Shown: positions 9,694-22,451 of the stretch, piece after piece
Layout: every line of letters begins with the position of its first letter
Numbering within the stretch: the stretch's first letter is position 1
Translations under genes and position numbers: made by a program
The notes under the pieces: model-generated
Databases searched by the model: none
Seen by the model: only the letters and a program-made list of their open reading frames with translations
Told to the model about the DNA's origin: nothing
Assembly (NCBI GenBank): GCA_963765165.1
Contig: CAVXVQ010000026.1
Span: forward strand, 85,636 to 149,635
From: an uncultured Alphaproteobacteria bacterium
GTDB lineage: Bacteria; Pseudomonadota; Alphaproteobacteria; Caulobacterales; Parvularculaceae
Length of the DNA stretch: 64,000 nt
Reading direction: 5' to 3'

Positions 9694-10823
9694 CAGTAAT
9701 CGATCTCCAGGAAGAACATGGCGAAGAAGGCGTCGAGAATGATGACGAGGAAAAGCGCCTGCACGACGGAGAGCGTCGTGCGCTGGCCGAGGCTTTCAGA
9801 GCTGCCTGCGACCTCCATGCCCTGGTAACAGCCGATGATGGCGATGACGAAGGCGAAGAACGGCGCCTTGATGATCCCCACCCAGAAATTCGACATGGCG
9901 ATCGTTTCCTGCAATCGGCCAATGAAGAAAGCCGGCGAAATGTCCATCGCCGTCCAGGCGACGAGCCCGCCGCCAAGAATGCCGAGCAGCGCCGCAATGA
10001 ACGCCAGCAACGGCATCAACACGACGAGCGCGATGACGCGCGGCAGCACGAGAACTTCCATCGGGTCGAGCCCGAGCGCGCGCAGCGCATCGATCTCTTC
10101 GCGGATTTTCATCGTGCCGATCGCCGCAGTAAAGGCGCTTCCCGACCGACCCGCGACGAGAATGGCGGCGAGGAGCACCCCGAATTCGCGCAGGACCGAT
10201 ATCCCGACAAGTTCGACGGTGAAGACCTCGGCGTTGAAGAGACGCAAGATCTTGGCGCCCATGAAGGCGACGACGGCGCCGATGAGAAACGACATGAGGC
10301 CGATGATCGGCACGGCGTTAAGTCCCGCCTCTTCGAGATGGTAGAAGATCGATGTGACCCGAAGGCGCTTTGGATGCGTCAGGACGCGCCAGAGCGTGAT
10401 GAGCGTCAAGCCGATGAAATTGAGGATCTCGAGGGCGGTGTAATAGCTTTCGACGATGCCCCGCCCGAGCCGGTTCGTCATCATCAGGAAGGCGTTGCGG
10501 TGCGCCGGTTCGACGTCACAGGGCGCAAGATGCGGACGGACGTTTTCGAGAAGCTGGGCGTGCACCGGGCTCGCGCCGACGATCTTCGAGAGTTCGGTGC
10601 GCTTCGAGCAGGATTGCAGAACGCGCTCGAGCACCATCGCCCCGGCGGTGTCGAGGCGGCCGACCTTCGATACGTCGATGATCAGCTCGCGGCCGACGGA
10701 ATCGTCCTCGAACGTCCTCAGATCGCCGTCGATCGGGCCCAAAAAGCGGGCCAGCCAGTCGCCCGTGGCGACAAGCCGCATCAGACCGTTTTCAACGTCG
10801 ATCGAATAGGCGGCGGGCTGCAT
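9693..10823 (-). CDS. mlaE: MlaE-family permease with N-terminal STAS-like domain
   Basis: LDTAGA, LREFGVLLAAILVAGRSGSAFTA, EEIDALRALG. Confidence 0.9.
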   Translation of the reverse strand: MQPAAYSIDVENGLMRLVATGDWLARFLGPIDGDLRTFEDDSVGRELIIDVSKVGRLDTAGAMVLERVLQSCSKRTELSKIVGASPVHAQLLENVRPHLAPCDVEPAHRNAFLMMTNRLGRGIVESYYTALEILNFIGLTLITLWRVLTHPKRLRVTSIFYHLEEAGLNAVPIIGLMSFLIGAVVAFMGAKILRLFNAEVFTVELVGISVLREFGVLLAAILVAGRSGSAFTAAIGTMKIREEIDALRALGLDPMEVLVLPRVIALVVLMPLLAFIAALLGILGGGLVAWTAMDISPAFFIGRLQETIAMSNFWVGIIKAPFFAFVIAIIGCYQGMEVAGSSESLGQRTTLSVVQALFLVIILDAFFAMFFLEIDY

Positions 10824-10982
10824 CCTGCCTCGCTAGAACAATGGTTAACGACACGCAAACGGCGTGCGCTTTGCATTGTTATTGCCTAGCGCAGGATGAT
10901 AAATTCATCCTGAACCATGGTGAACGGCTCTTAATCTTGAAGGGCCGTTTTCAGGCACGATCGGGGTTTCGGAGCATTTTGG

Positions 10983-13232
10983 GTGGCTAAGTCGATGTTT
11001 GCAGCCCGGTGGCGGTGGCTTGGGGCCCTGCCGCTGCTGGCGATGATCGCGGTGATGGCGGCGCTTGCTGTAATGACGCTCGCCAACGCCGGCGTGCGCC
11101 ATGGCGGACCGCGCGAGCATCTCTTCGACCTCTACCAGCGCCTTTTTCCAGCGAAGATCGCTGCGACTTCGCCGTTCCATGTCGTCGAAATCGATCGCGA
11201 GAGCGTCGACAAGATCGGACCGTGGCCGTGGCCGCGCTCGCTCGTCGCGGAACTCGTAACCGCCAGCGCGGAAGCCGGCGCCAAAGGCGTTGTCTATGTC
11301 GAGGGCGTCGATCGTCCCGACCCGCTGTCGCCCGAAACCATCGGCGATTTCTGGCTCGCCGGCGCACGCGATCCGCGCCTTGCGCAACAGCTCGCGCTGC
11401 TGCCGAGCACCGATCTCATGCTGGCGCAGTCGCTCGCCCGAACCAAAGGCGCGGTCGCCATCGACGCATCCTCCGTCGCGCGCGACGTCTCGCGCCTCGT
11501 CCTCGAGCGCGCCGACGCCAAATCGACGGCCACCATCGACGCCGGCGCAGGCGTCCAGTTTTTCGGCCTGCCGGCTGCGCGTCCGCTCGCCCCGATCGAC
11601 CCCGACCTCACCGCTGCGGCGGCCCTGACAGTTGCAGCGCTCCCCGCTGATGAAGACGGCGTCGTCCGCTCGGCGACCCTCCTTTGGTCCGCTGGCGGAA
11701 AATTCGCGCCGCTCGCCGCGTTAGAGGCCGCAAGGCTGGCGCTCGGCGCCGAGAAGATCGCCGTCGGCGCCGATCCGACCGCCGTCACCTCCGTCGGCCA
11801 GTCGCCGATCGCCATCCGTCTCGACGGCCGCGAATTCAGCGTCGATCAGATGGCGGCGACGCGCATCTATCTGCCGCGCCGCATCGACACGCCGACGACC
11901 CCGGCATGGAAACTGATCAGAGAAAAATCTTCGCTCGGCCAGCTTTCCGGCAAGGTCGTGATCATCGGCCTCGATGGCGTCGTCGGTCCGACAATCAAAA
12001 CCGCGCGCGGCGAATTATCGCTCCCCGCAACGCAAGCGCTGATCGCCCGCCAGCTCGCGAGCGGCGAAGCGACGAAGCGTCCCTCATGGATCGGGTATCT
12101 CGAAGCGCTTTGCGTCATGTTGCTCGGCGCCGCCGCGATCATGTGGTCGCAACGGCTCGATTTCTGGAAGGCGATCGGCGTTGCTGCAATCGCCTCGGCG
12201 GCCCTCATCGGCCTCTCGCTCGGCGCGTTTGCGGGCGGGAATTTCCTGTTCGATCCGCTCGCCCCGTCGGTCGCGCTCTTTCTCGGCGCAATGTCCGTCG
12301 CGGGCGGAAGGACGATCGGCGGCGCGCTGAAGGACGACAACGTCCGCGGCGCGTTCAAGGGCGCTCTGCCGGAAACGACGATGCGGCGCGTGCGCGAAGA
12401 AGGCGCCTCCGACGTGCTCGAAGGATCGCTTCGTCCGCTGACAGTACTCTCTTGCGAATTGAGCCTCGTCGAGGAAGATATCGCGCGTCTGGCGGAGACG
12501 CCGGGCGAAGTGACGGCGCTCGTCGCGATGGGCTGCGTCCATCTGAAGAAAGCGATCATCGAAGCCGGCGGCGCCGCCGATCAGGCGGAAGGCGGACGCG
12601 TCCTTGCTTATTTCAACGCGCCGCTTGAGAACGCCGATCATATCCGAGAGGCGTGCTCGGCCGCGCTCCGGCTCATCGAGAGCATGGACAAGGTCAACGC
12701 CGAATTCGAGAAGGCGCCGCATCTGCGCGGCATCCAGCTTCATCTCGCGATCGGAATTGCAAGCGGCGACTGCTATGTCGGGCCGATGGGCCATGGCCGG
12801 CACAATCGCTATTCGGCGATCGGCAAGCCGATCGAACTCGCGTCGTTTCTCAGCCGCCAGGCGACCGTTTACGGCCCCGCGATCATTTGCGACGAGGCGA
12901 TCCAGCGCAAGGTCAATCACCATTACGCGTTCCTCGAGCTTGACCGCCTCAAAGAGCAGGGATCCGATCGTCCGTTCACGATCTACGCCCTCGTCGGCAA
13001 CCCGTTCATCAAGTCAAGCAAGGGCTTTCGCGCGCTTGAAGAGGCGCATCGCCAGATGCTCGCGGCCTACCGCGAAGGCGACTGGCTCACGGCGCGAGGA
13101 AATCTCCTGAAAGCCCGTCAGTCGCCCGGCGCAAGGATCGCGCTGTTCGATCTTTACGAGCGACGCATCCAGAAAATGCTGGACGAGGCGTCAACCGAAA
13201 AATGGGACGGCGCGGAGCCGGTGACGCTGTAA
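10983..13232 (+). CDS. CHASE2-domain class III adenylate/guanylate cyclase-like membrane protein (catalytic residues degenerate)
   Basis: IDRESVDKIGPWPWPRS CHASE2 motif, 3 TM, cyclase-like C-terminus FNAPL...IGIASG..VGPMG. Confidence 0.85.
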   Translation: MAKSMFAARWRWLGALPLLAMIAVMAALAVMTLANAGVRHGGPREHLFDLYQRLFPAKIAATSPFHVVEIDRESVDKIGPWPWPRSLVAELVTASAEAGAKGVVYVEGVDRPDPLSPETIGDFWLAGARDPRLAQQLALLPSTDLMLAQSLARTKGAVAIDASSVARDVSRLVLERADAKSTATIDAGAGVQFFGLPAARPLAPIDPDLTAAAALTVAALPADEDGVVRSATLLWSAGGKFAPLAALEAARLALGAEKIAVGADPTAVTSVGQSPIAIRLDGREFSVDQMAATRIYLPRRIDTPTTPAWKLIREKSSLGQLSGKVVIIGLDGVVGPTIKTARGELSLPATQALIARQLASGEATKRPSWIGYLEALCVMLLGAAAIMWSQRLDFWKAIGVAAIASAALIGLSLGAFAGGNFLFDPLAPSVALFLGAMSVAGGRTIGGALKDDNVRGAFKGALPETTMRRVREEGASDVLEGSLRPLTVLSCELSLVEEDIARLAETPGEVTALVAMGCVHLKKAIIEAGGAADQAEGGRVLAYFNAPLENADHIREACSAALRLIESMDKVNAEFEKAPHLRGIQLHLAIGIASGDCYVGPMGHGRHNRYSAIGKPIELASFLSRQATVYGPAIICDEAIQRKVNHHYAFLELDRLKEQGSDRPFTIYALVGNPFIKSSKGFRALEEAHRQMLAAYREGDWLTARGNLLKARQSPGARIALFDLYERRIQKMLDEASTEKWDGAEPVTL

Positions 13233-13269
13233 ACAGCGTAGCCGGGTTCGGGTGCAAAGAAACGCGGGA

Positions 13270-13896
13270 TCAATTCGATCCGGCGGCGACCCGCGCCTCG
13301 GAACCGGCGAGCGCTTCCGAGTTTTTCTTCATCGCGTTTTCCGCAAGCTGGTCGGCGACGTCGCCGAGGTCTTTCAGAACTTCGTCGAAGGAATCCTTGA
13401 TGCGGTCGGCGATGTCGTCGTCGGCGTCGAGCTTTTTCACCGAGGCGACGTAGATCGCGCGGGTTTCGCGAAGGTCCGCGATCGCGTCTTCGATCAGCGC
13501 GACGTCGGAAAGTCGAGGGCTCGGCGAATTGCAGGCTTCTTCCGCAACCGCCTTGAGGACGCGCGCCGCTTCCAGATGGCGGTCAGCGTCCGCCATGATC
13601 AATATGTCGGCGGAAGGCGCGCTTTTCAGGCTGGCGACGTAAACCTTCACCGCATCGTCACGGGAGACTTTATCCTCATCCGCATCGCCGCCGGCGAGGC
13701 GTTCGGCCAGCGACGAAGAGGACGGTTTTGGCCAGGGAGATTTGGCGACTTCGCCAGCAGCCTCGCGAAGGGCCTCGCGTTCGGCGGCGCCGGCGCGGTC
13801 GTCCTTGCCAGACGTTTTGATGACGGTCGAACACGCGCTTGACGCGAGCGCGACAGAGGCGAGAACGCAACAAAGTCGCAAATACGAACTCTTCAC
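13270..13896 (-). CDS. Hypothetical lipoprotein
   Basis: Signal peptide with SSAC lipobox, helical body. Confidence 0.55.
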   Translation of the reverse strand: MKSSYLRLCCVLASVALASSACSTVIKTSGKDDRAGAAEREALREAAGEVAKSPWPKPSSSSLAERLAGGDADEDKVSRDDAVKVYVASLKSAPSADILIMADADRHLEAARVLKAVAEEACNSPSPRLSDVALIEDAIADLRETRAIYVASVKKLDADDDIADRIKDSFDEVLKDLGDVADQLAENAMKKNSEALAGSEARVAAGSN

Positions 13897-14081
13897 TAAA
13901 CCCTACTTCCGGCGCACTCGCCCGCCGAATTCAACGCTAGATTGGCCCCAAAGCCGCTCCGCCGAGGTCCGACGATGGAACGCCGGCCCCGATCGCGATG
14001 TCCTTTAGTCCGTCGGCTTGATTGCAAGCCCCTGCCCCCTTTAAGCGTTAGCACGCCGAAAGAAACCGAGTCAGCATCAAA

Positions 14082-15036
14082 ATGACGGATCGCCGAGATC
14101 TTTATCCCGCCATCGAGCCCTATGAGACCGGAAGGCTCAAGGTCTCGGAAATTCACGAAATTTACTACGAAATCGCCGGCAATCCGCAGGGCAAGCCGGT
14201 GGTCGTATGCCATGGCGGGCCGGGCGGCGGGGTTACGCCCGCCATGCGACGTTATTTCGATCCGGCGAAGTATCGGATTGTCCTCTTCGACCAGCGAGGC
14301 TGCGGGAAGTCGACGCCCAACGCGGAACTGAAGCGACAATACGACCTGGGATCTTGTCGGCGACATGGAGAAATTGCGGCGGAGATTGGACATCGAGAAA
14401 TGGCAGGTGTTCGGCGGCTCCTGGGGCTCGACGCTCGCGCTCGCCTACGCCGAGACCCATCCTGACCGGGTGGCGGAGCTGGTCCTGCGCGGAATCTTCA
14501 CGATCCGGAAAAGCGAAATTCACTGGTTCTATCAGGAAGGCGCGAGCTGGCTCTTTGCTGACGCCTGGGAGCGCTATCTCGATCCGATACCGGTCGAAGA
14601 ACGCCAGGACCTGATCCGCGCCTATTACCGGCGCCTCACCGGCCGCAATGAAGCGGAGAAGCTGCGCGCCGCAAAAGCGTGGAGCGCGTGGGAGGGCGGC
14701 ACCGTCTCGCTCATTCCTTCTCAGGACCGCATCGACAGCTTCCGCCGACGCCTTTGCGATCGCCTTCGCGCGCATCGAATGTCACTACTTCGTTAACGGC
14801 GGATTTTTCGAGCGCGACGACCAGCTGATCGCCGACGCTAAAAAGCTCCGGCGGTGCCCGGATCATCGTCCAGGGCCGCTATGACGTCTGCACGCCGATG
14901 AAGACCGCCTGGGACCTGCACAAGGCATGGCCGGAAGCGGAGTTCCTTATCGATCGACGACGCAGGCCACGCCGCGAGCGAGCCCGGCATCATTGACGCT
15001 CTTGTCAGGGCGACGGATCGCTTCGCGTCGCGGTGA
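14082..15036 (+). CDS. pip: Proline iminopeptidase (several frameshifts)
   Basis: HGGPGGG, FDQRGCGKS, VFGGSWGSTLALAYA, QGRYD. Confidence 0.9.
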
Positions 15037-15236
15037 CGCTAGGCCCGCCCGGCATTCGGCGAATTGCGCGCGCCGCGGTCTCCTCCCGTTAAGGATTTTC
15101 TAATATCGATTGGCCGCCCGCGCGGTCGGCCGATAGATAGAATTTTAACGCCTCGGGGGCGAAGATCGCAGTCTGGGGAGAGGAGAACCGGCGTCGCCGC
15201 CAGCGGCGTCGTTCCTCCAAAAAGGATAGGCGTATC

Positions 15237-15605
15237 GTGACCGATCGAGACGATCTTGCGTCGCTGGTCGACTTTACCCAGATCGACAGCCTGCTTGAGG
15301 CGGCTGGCAAGGACGGCGTCGATGAAATTCTGGCGGCGTTCTGGCGATCGACCGACGATCTCGCCTGTCAGCTGAAATCGCATATCGACTGCCGAAACCT
15401 GCCGGAAGCGGCGCGCACGTCTCATGCGGTCAAGGGATCGTCGGCGAATGTCGGCGCGCAGCTTCTCTCGTCCGTCGCGCGCGAGGTCGAAGCCTGCTGC
15501 AAGAATAACGATCCCGACGGCGCGCTTGCGGCGCTGAACCGTCTGCTTGCCGCCTACAAGAAGACGCGCGTTGTGTTGACCGAGCGGGTCGCCGCCTTCG
15601 GCTGA
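15237..15605 (+). CDS. Stand-alone Hpt (histidine phosphotransfer) protein
   Basis: SHAVKGSSANVGA motif. Confidence 0.9.
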   Translation: MTDRDDLASLVDFTQIDSLLEAAGKDGVDEILAAFWRSTDDLACQLKSHIDCRNLPEAARTSHAVKGSSANVGAQLLSSVAREVEACCKNNDPDGALAALNRLLAAYKKTRVVLTERVAAFG

Positions 15606-15636
15606 CCGCGGCGCCGGCCGATTTCCTCAAACGAAA

Positions 15637-16774
15637 TCAGAACCCGCCGCCCTCGGTGTCGCGGCTCATATGCGCGCTCATGACGATGCCAAAGCCGATC
15701 ATGATCGTCAGCATGACGGTGCCGCCATACGATACGAGCGGCAGCGGAACGCCGACGACGGGGGCGAGCCCCATCACCATGCCGGTATTGATCAGAATAT
15801 AAAGCGCGAAAGTGACCGTCATGCCCATCGCCGCAAGACGCGCAAAATGCGACCGGGCGCGCAGCGCGATGTTCATGCCGGTCATCACCACCGCGAAATA
15901 TAAAAGCAGCAGGCCGATCGAGCCGACAAATCCGAATTCTTCCGCGAAGATCGTGAAGATGAAGTCGGTCTGCATCTCGGGCAGGAAGTTCAGCTCGCGC
16001 TGCGTCCCCAGCATGTAGCCCTTGCCGACGACGCCGCCCGATCCGATGCCGATCTTCGACTGCAGGAGGTGATAGCCGGCGCCGAGCGGGTCGCGACTCA
16101 GGATCAAGGAACGTGAAGATCCGTTTCAATTGGTAATCGTGAAGGATGCCGAACCGAAAACCGGCGATCGCGCCCGCGACCGCGCCGACGGCGCCGAGAA
16201 AAATCAACCGCCATGAAAGGCCCGCAAGCAACATGATCGCGGCGCCCGTCGCGCCAATCATCACCGCGGTGCCGAGATCAGGCTGCAGGAAGACGAGGCC
16301 GACCGGCGCTGCGATCATCAGGATCGGCGGAATGAGAAAAAGGATATGCGACACCTGTTCGGCCCTGAGGCCGTGATAATAACGCGCAAGGCCGAGCACG
16401 ATGCCGACCTTCATCAGCTCCGACGGCTGGAACTGCATCGGTCCAAGATCGATCCATCGCCGGGCGCCCATGTTCACTTCGCCGATGAAGGGAACGAGCG
16501 CGAGCGCGATCAGTGCGACGGCGTAGATCGGATAGGAGAGAAACATCCAGTAACGGATGCCGATGAAGCCGACGACGATGAGCGCGGCCATCGAAATCGC
16601 AAAGCGCAGCGCATGCGTTCCGGCCCAGGGCGACCACGAACCGCCGCCGACGGAATAAAGCGTCGCGACACCCGCGCCGGCGATCAGGGACAGCATGATG
16701 ATCAGCGGCCAATGGAGGCGCGCGAACTGATCCTGAATGCCGCGACGAGGGCCCGGAAGGATGATCGACGGCAT
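15637..16774 (-). CDS. rodA: Rod shape-determining protein RodA (frameshift near 16100)
   Basis: GARRWID, QPSELMK, QPDLGTA, FLPEMQTDFIF, PLVSYGGT. Confidence 0.95.
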
Positions 16775-16776
16775 TC

Positions 16777-18713
16777 TTATCCCTCCCGCGATCCGCGCGC
16801 GTTTTCAGCAAGCGCGCCGGGCTCAGCGCTTTGAGGCGCGCTGGATTCTTCGTCATCACCGCCGTCATGATTTCCTTCGCCTTCGGGCCGGCCATGCGCG
16901 CGCCGCCGATGCCGTGCTCGACGACGACGGCGCAGGCGTAGCGCGGCGCCTCATACCGGGGCAAAACAGACAAAGAGCGCGTGGTCGCGCCGATGCCAGG
17001 GAAGCTGTTCGGGCTTTGTGAGGCCGCGCGCGCGTTCTTCATTGGTGATCGCGATAGACCTGGCTCGTCCCGGTCTTGCCGGCGAGCTGCCATTCCTTGT
17101 TGTCGAAGGCGGAACGACCCGGCGGTGCCGCCCGGCTCATTGACGACGGCGTCCATGCCGTCGCGCACGACCGCGAGATACTCGTCCGAAATATCGAGCT
17201 CTCGACGAAAGGTCGGCGACGGCAATTCGAGCGAACCGCGAAACGCGGACCAGCCGCGGCCGGACTTCGCGGCCGGATCCAAGGCGCGCCGCCATGACGG
17301 CCAGCTGCAGCGGCGTCGCGCTGACATAGCCCTGCCCGATCGCGACCGAGAGCGTTTCGCCGGGAAACCACGTCTGGTTTTCCGGCGTGCCGGCGTAGAA
17401 GGCGTTTTTTCCACGCGCGGTCGGGAACGACGCCTGAATGCTGGCCGGGAACGCCGAGCTCGAACGTCTGGTCAAGCCCAAGTTTTCGCGCGGCGTCCGC
17501 AATGATATCGACGTCGAGTCTGGGTGGCGACCGTGTAAAAGAAGTGTCGCAGGAATGTTTGATCGCGTTCTTCATGTCGATGCCGCCGCCATGGCCTTCT
17601 TTGCGCCAGCAGTGGAAGAAGCGGTTGCCGTACCAGAACTTGCCGTTGCACCGCACGGCGAATGACGGGCTGATGCCGGAGCGCATGGCGGCGATCGCGG
17701 TCACCATCTTGAAGGTCGAACCCGGCGGATAAATGCCGCCGAGCGGCTTGTTGAGAAGCGGCTTGTACGGGCTCTCGTTAAGCTCCCTCCAAAGATCGGA
17801 CGGAATGCCCTTGGTGAAGATGTTCGGGTCGAACGCCGGCGTCGACGCCAGAACCAGAATGTCGCCCGTCTCGACGTCGATGACGACCGCCGACGCGCTC
17901 TCGCCTTCAAGCGCCTTCATCGCCGCCATCTGCAATTCGGCGTCGATGGTGAGGCCGAGCGTTTCGCCCTGCACCGGCGGCTTGACGCTGTCCTCGACCT
18001 CTTCGATCACCCGGCCGTGCGCGTTGACCTTGACGTCCATCGTGCCGGCGACCCCGCGCAATTCCTTTTCATAGGTGCGCTCTAGGCCGTCGCGGCCGAC
18101 CTTGAACCCGGGCTGACGCAGCAAAACCTGCTGGTCTTCATTGTCGGGCGCCTGAAGGTCGCGATCGGTGACGGCGCTGACATAGCCGATGACGAAAGCG
18201 GTCGCGTTGCCGAGCGGGTAATCGCGCGCCTCGCTCGACCTCGGGGTGCGCGCCCGGCAGATGCGGCAATTCGAAATTGATCTTCGAGAAATCGTTCCAC
18301 TCGAGATTGTTGACGACTTCGACCGGCGCGTAGCCTTGCGTGCGGCGGATTTCACGCAGCAGTTTGGCGTGCTTGTCGTCCGAGATGGCGACGATGGTCC
18401 GGATTTTGGCGAGCGCTTCCTCGATGTCGCCCGCTTCGTCCGGCATCAAGAGCACGCGGAAATTCTGGCGGTTCGACGCGAGCGTCTTGCCGAACCGGTC
18501 GACGATCTCGCCCCGCAGCGGCGTGATGATGCGCGTGTTGAACTGGTTTTCCTGCGCAAGACGCATGTATTTGTTGTGGTCGACGATCTGCAGCTGCGCG
18601 AGCCGTGCGCCGATTCCAAGCAGCAGCAGGCTGAAGCCGCCGCTGACGATCGCAGCGCGTCGCGTGACGATTTCTTTCTTTTCGGGATCGTTGGAATTGA
18701 CGCGCGTATTCAT
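16777..18713 (-). CDS. mrdA: Penicillin-binding protein 2 (multiple frameshifts; end approximate)
   Basis: PLRGEIVDR, YPPGSTFK, SCD, AGKTGTSQV; position in mre operon. Confidence 0.9.
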
Positions 18714-18717
18714 GAAC

Positions 18718-19230
18718 TCAAACCTCGATGATCACGCGCCGATGGATGCTGCCAAACGCGACGGCGAACAGCGGGTAGACCGCGATCGTCGTCATCATCT
18801 GGAAGGCGAGGCCGCCAAGCGGCAGCAAGGTCGCCGACATCAAGCTCATGAACAGCCACAGTATAAGCGAGACGCTGACCGCCGCCACGGCAAATCCGAT
18901 CCAGACGACGTGAACTTCGCGGCCGAGAAAATAGGCCTGCTGCGACATCGCGACGTACTGAACGGCAAGGTAAACGGCGGGCCAAAGGCCAAGCGGCCCG
19001 CCGGTCAGGAGATCTTGAACGAGGCCGATGAGGAAGACGCTGACCGCCGGCAGGTAGCGCGGGGAGTAGAGCGACCAGAAGTAAACGACGACCAGCGGGA
19101 TGAGCGGCGTCGCGACCGCTCCTTCAAAGAGTCGCAGCGGCGCAGCGAGAAGGAGCGCGCCGAAGAGGCCGAGCGCCGTCGGCATCGCCGCGCGCACCAC
19201 CCGTCCAAGCGTCTCGCCGCGTGCGGACAT
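18718..19230 (-). CDS. mreD: Rod shape-determining protein MreD
   Basis: Hydrophobic, GLVQDLLTGGPLG, between mreC and mrdA. Confidence 0.9.
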   Translation of the reverse strand: MSARGETLGRVVRAAMPTALGLFGALLLAAPLRLFEGAVATPLIPLVVVYFWSLYSPRYLPAVSVFLIGLVQDLLTGGPLGLWPAVYLAVQYVAMSQQAYFLGREVHVVWIGFAVAAVSVSLILWLFMSLMSATLLPLGGLAFQMMTTIAVYPLFAVAFGSIHRRVIIEV

Positions 19231-19231
19231 C

Positions 19232-20263
19232 TCAGTCGCCCTCGTCAACGGTGGGCGGTTCTGGCGTCGCCTCCGCCGTCTGGGCGACGGGCGTTACGAT
19301 GGCGGCGTTCGCCTGCGGCGCCGGTTCCGTACGAGCTGGCGCGGCGGCGGCTTGCGGCGCGCTTCCCGCTGAGGCGTCGCCGACTGGCGCTGCGGGCCCT
19401 TCCTCGATCGCTTCGGGATCGACCTGCGGGAAGTCGTAGTCGATGACGCGGACCATGCGCGTCCTCGCATAGTCGGCGGCAAGATCGATCGTCGCTTCCT
19501 TGTCGTTGACTTTTTCGACGTAGCCGACGGTGAGGCCGCGCGGCAGAACGCCGCCGGCGCCGGATGTGATGACGCGCTGGCCGGGCTCAATCTTGTCGCC
19601 GTCCGCCAGCATCGTGATGGCGATCGTCGGTTTTGTCGTCGAGCGGCCGACCAGAAGGCCCTCGACATAGGATCCTTCGACGAAAACCGGGATGCGGCTC
19701 TGGACGTCGTTCAGAAGGAGAATGCGCGAGGCGTTCGCCGATACGTCGACGATGCGTCCGATCATGCCGCGCTCGTCGACGGCGGCGAGCCCGCGCGCGA
19801 CGCCTTTCTTCGCCCCGGCGTTGACGATCATCGAATGCGCGTAGGCGTCGTTCGCCTCGCCGATGACGAAGGCGTTGATCGGTTTTGCGGCCGGCGGCGC
19901 TTCATAGACGTCGAGTTCGTCGAGCGCCGAAATGACGCCGCGGAGCGAGCGCGCTTCTTCTTCCCACTGACGAAGCGCGGCGTTCTCTTCGCGCAGCGCC
20001 TCGTTTTGTTCGAGCACGCGGAAATAATCGCCGACGTCGCCGACGCGGTCCTGTACCTAGCCGATCGGACCTGAGAAGGCTTTGAGAATTGGCGAGGCCG
20101 CTTCGAGCGCCGTCTCGCGGGCCTTCTGAAAGACCGAGGCTTCGGCGGCGTAAAGGCTCGACAGGAGAAGGATCAGCGAAACGAGGGAGAAGACGAGATG
20201 GCCGACCTGCGTGTCGGACCGCCGTCCGAATGTCTCCCGACCCTCTTTACCCAATACGTCCAT
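19232..20263 (-). CDS. mreC: Rod shape-determining protein MreC (frameshift near 20020-20060)
   Basis: LREENAALR coil, GMIGRIV, VITSGAGGVLPRG. Confidence 0.9.
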
Positions 20264-20389
20264 ATTCTGATCCGGCTCATTAAACTGGCGAAGGCGCCGA
20301 AGGCAGATCGCCCGGCGCCTCCGATTATCCCGCGACTCGCTGCCTCGTTACAAACCCTCGAAGCCGTGTCCATTCAATATTCGCCAAGG

Positions 20390-21439
<1,050 letters not shown>

Positions 21440-21588
21440 CTATGCCGGTAATTCCCGACGATCCATTTAACCTTAATGGGTTCCGAAATCGTCAACAAAA
21501 CCCGCCCAATCCGCCCCGATAGCGAAAAGACCGCTATCCATACAGGGATTTTGCGCGTTCCGGTCAAATAAAGAGCGGTAATCCGGAA

Positions 21589-22356
21589 TTAAAGCTGGGC
21601 GTCGCGCCGACGCATGGTTTCGTAAATCCAGCGGACCAGCAGCAGAAACGCCAGCCACCCGCCGACGATGCCGATCAGAAGGGCGATGTCGCGCGGCTCG
21701 CGGCTCATGAAGAATTCGAGAATGCCGTCGACCCCTTCCGCCAGGGTGTGTTCGTCCGGCGCGAAAGTCCCGAGTGCGACGACCAGCAGGATTTTCGGGA
21801 CGATGCCGATGCTGGTCCCGGTCCAGTATTTCCAGAGCGGGATATGGGCGGCGCCCGCCGCCGCATTGACGACGATAAAAGGCGCCGAGGGAACGACCCG
21901 GATAAGGCCGCTCGCCAGAATGCCGTGGCGGCTGATGAAATCGATCGTCGCCTGCACCCGCTCGCCGCCGAAGCGCTTGACGAAGCCGCCGCCATACCAA
22001 TGGCCGAGCCCGAAGGTGAAGGTCGCGCTGATCATGGTCGCGAGCCAGGAATAGAAGGCGCCGTCGCGCCCGCCGAACGTGAAAACCGTCGCCGTAATCA
22101 GCAGAATCTGGGGGAATCCGGTCAGCGCCAGAATGACGAAGACCGACACCACGATCGGCACCGCCCAGGGCGATTGCGAGGCCTCGAACAAGACCCGGTT
22201 GAGCTGACCGTCATCATCCAGGTTCAGCCATCGCTGGCCAAAGAAGAACATGCACAGGACGAAAATGAGGAGGACGACCGACACGAAAAGCGTGGTCGCC
22301 GCCTTGGCGTCCATCGAGGTCAGGAACCGGCCAAGATCGCTCAGCGGCTTGAACAT
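21589..22356 (-). CDS. DedA/VTT (TVP38/TMEM64) family membrane protein
   Basis: IRVVPSAPFIVVN...TSIGIVP motif. Confidence 0.85.
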   Translation of the reverse strand: MFKPLSDLGRFLTSMDAKAATTLFVSVVLLIFVLCMFFFGQRWLNLDDDGQLNRVLFEASQSPWAVPIVVSVFVILALTGFPQILLITATVFTFGGRDGAFYSWLATMISATFTFGLGHWYGGGFVKRFGGERVQATIDFISRHGILASGLIRVVPSAPFIVVNAAAGAAHIPLWKYWTGTSIGIVPKILLVVALGTFAPDEHTLAEGVDGILEFFMSREPRDIALLIGIVGGWLAFLLLVRWIYETMRRRDAQL

Positions 22357-22451
22357 TTACCCGGATCCTGGAACCGGCGCCGCCACACAGGCGGCGCCCG
22401 CATTCCTGACGCTCGATCGACGAACCCCTGCCCCGGCCGCCCTGCGGCTGC

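Noticed and set aside
14082-20263. Frameshifts in pip, rodA, mrdA and mreC (also fumC, rmuC, degP and others) as pseudogenisation or programmed frameshifting
   Set aside because: They are pervasive, often at homopolymers, hit normally essential genes and are very dense at 53-54.7 kb. Sequencing indels are the simplest explanation.
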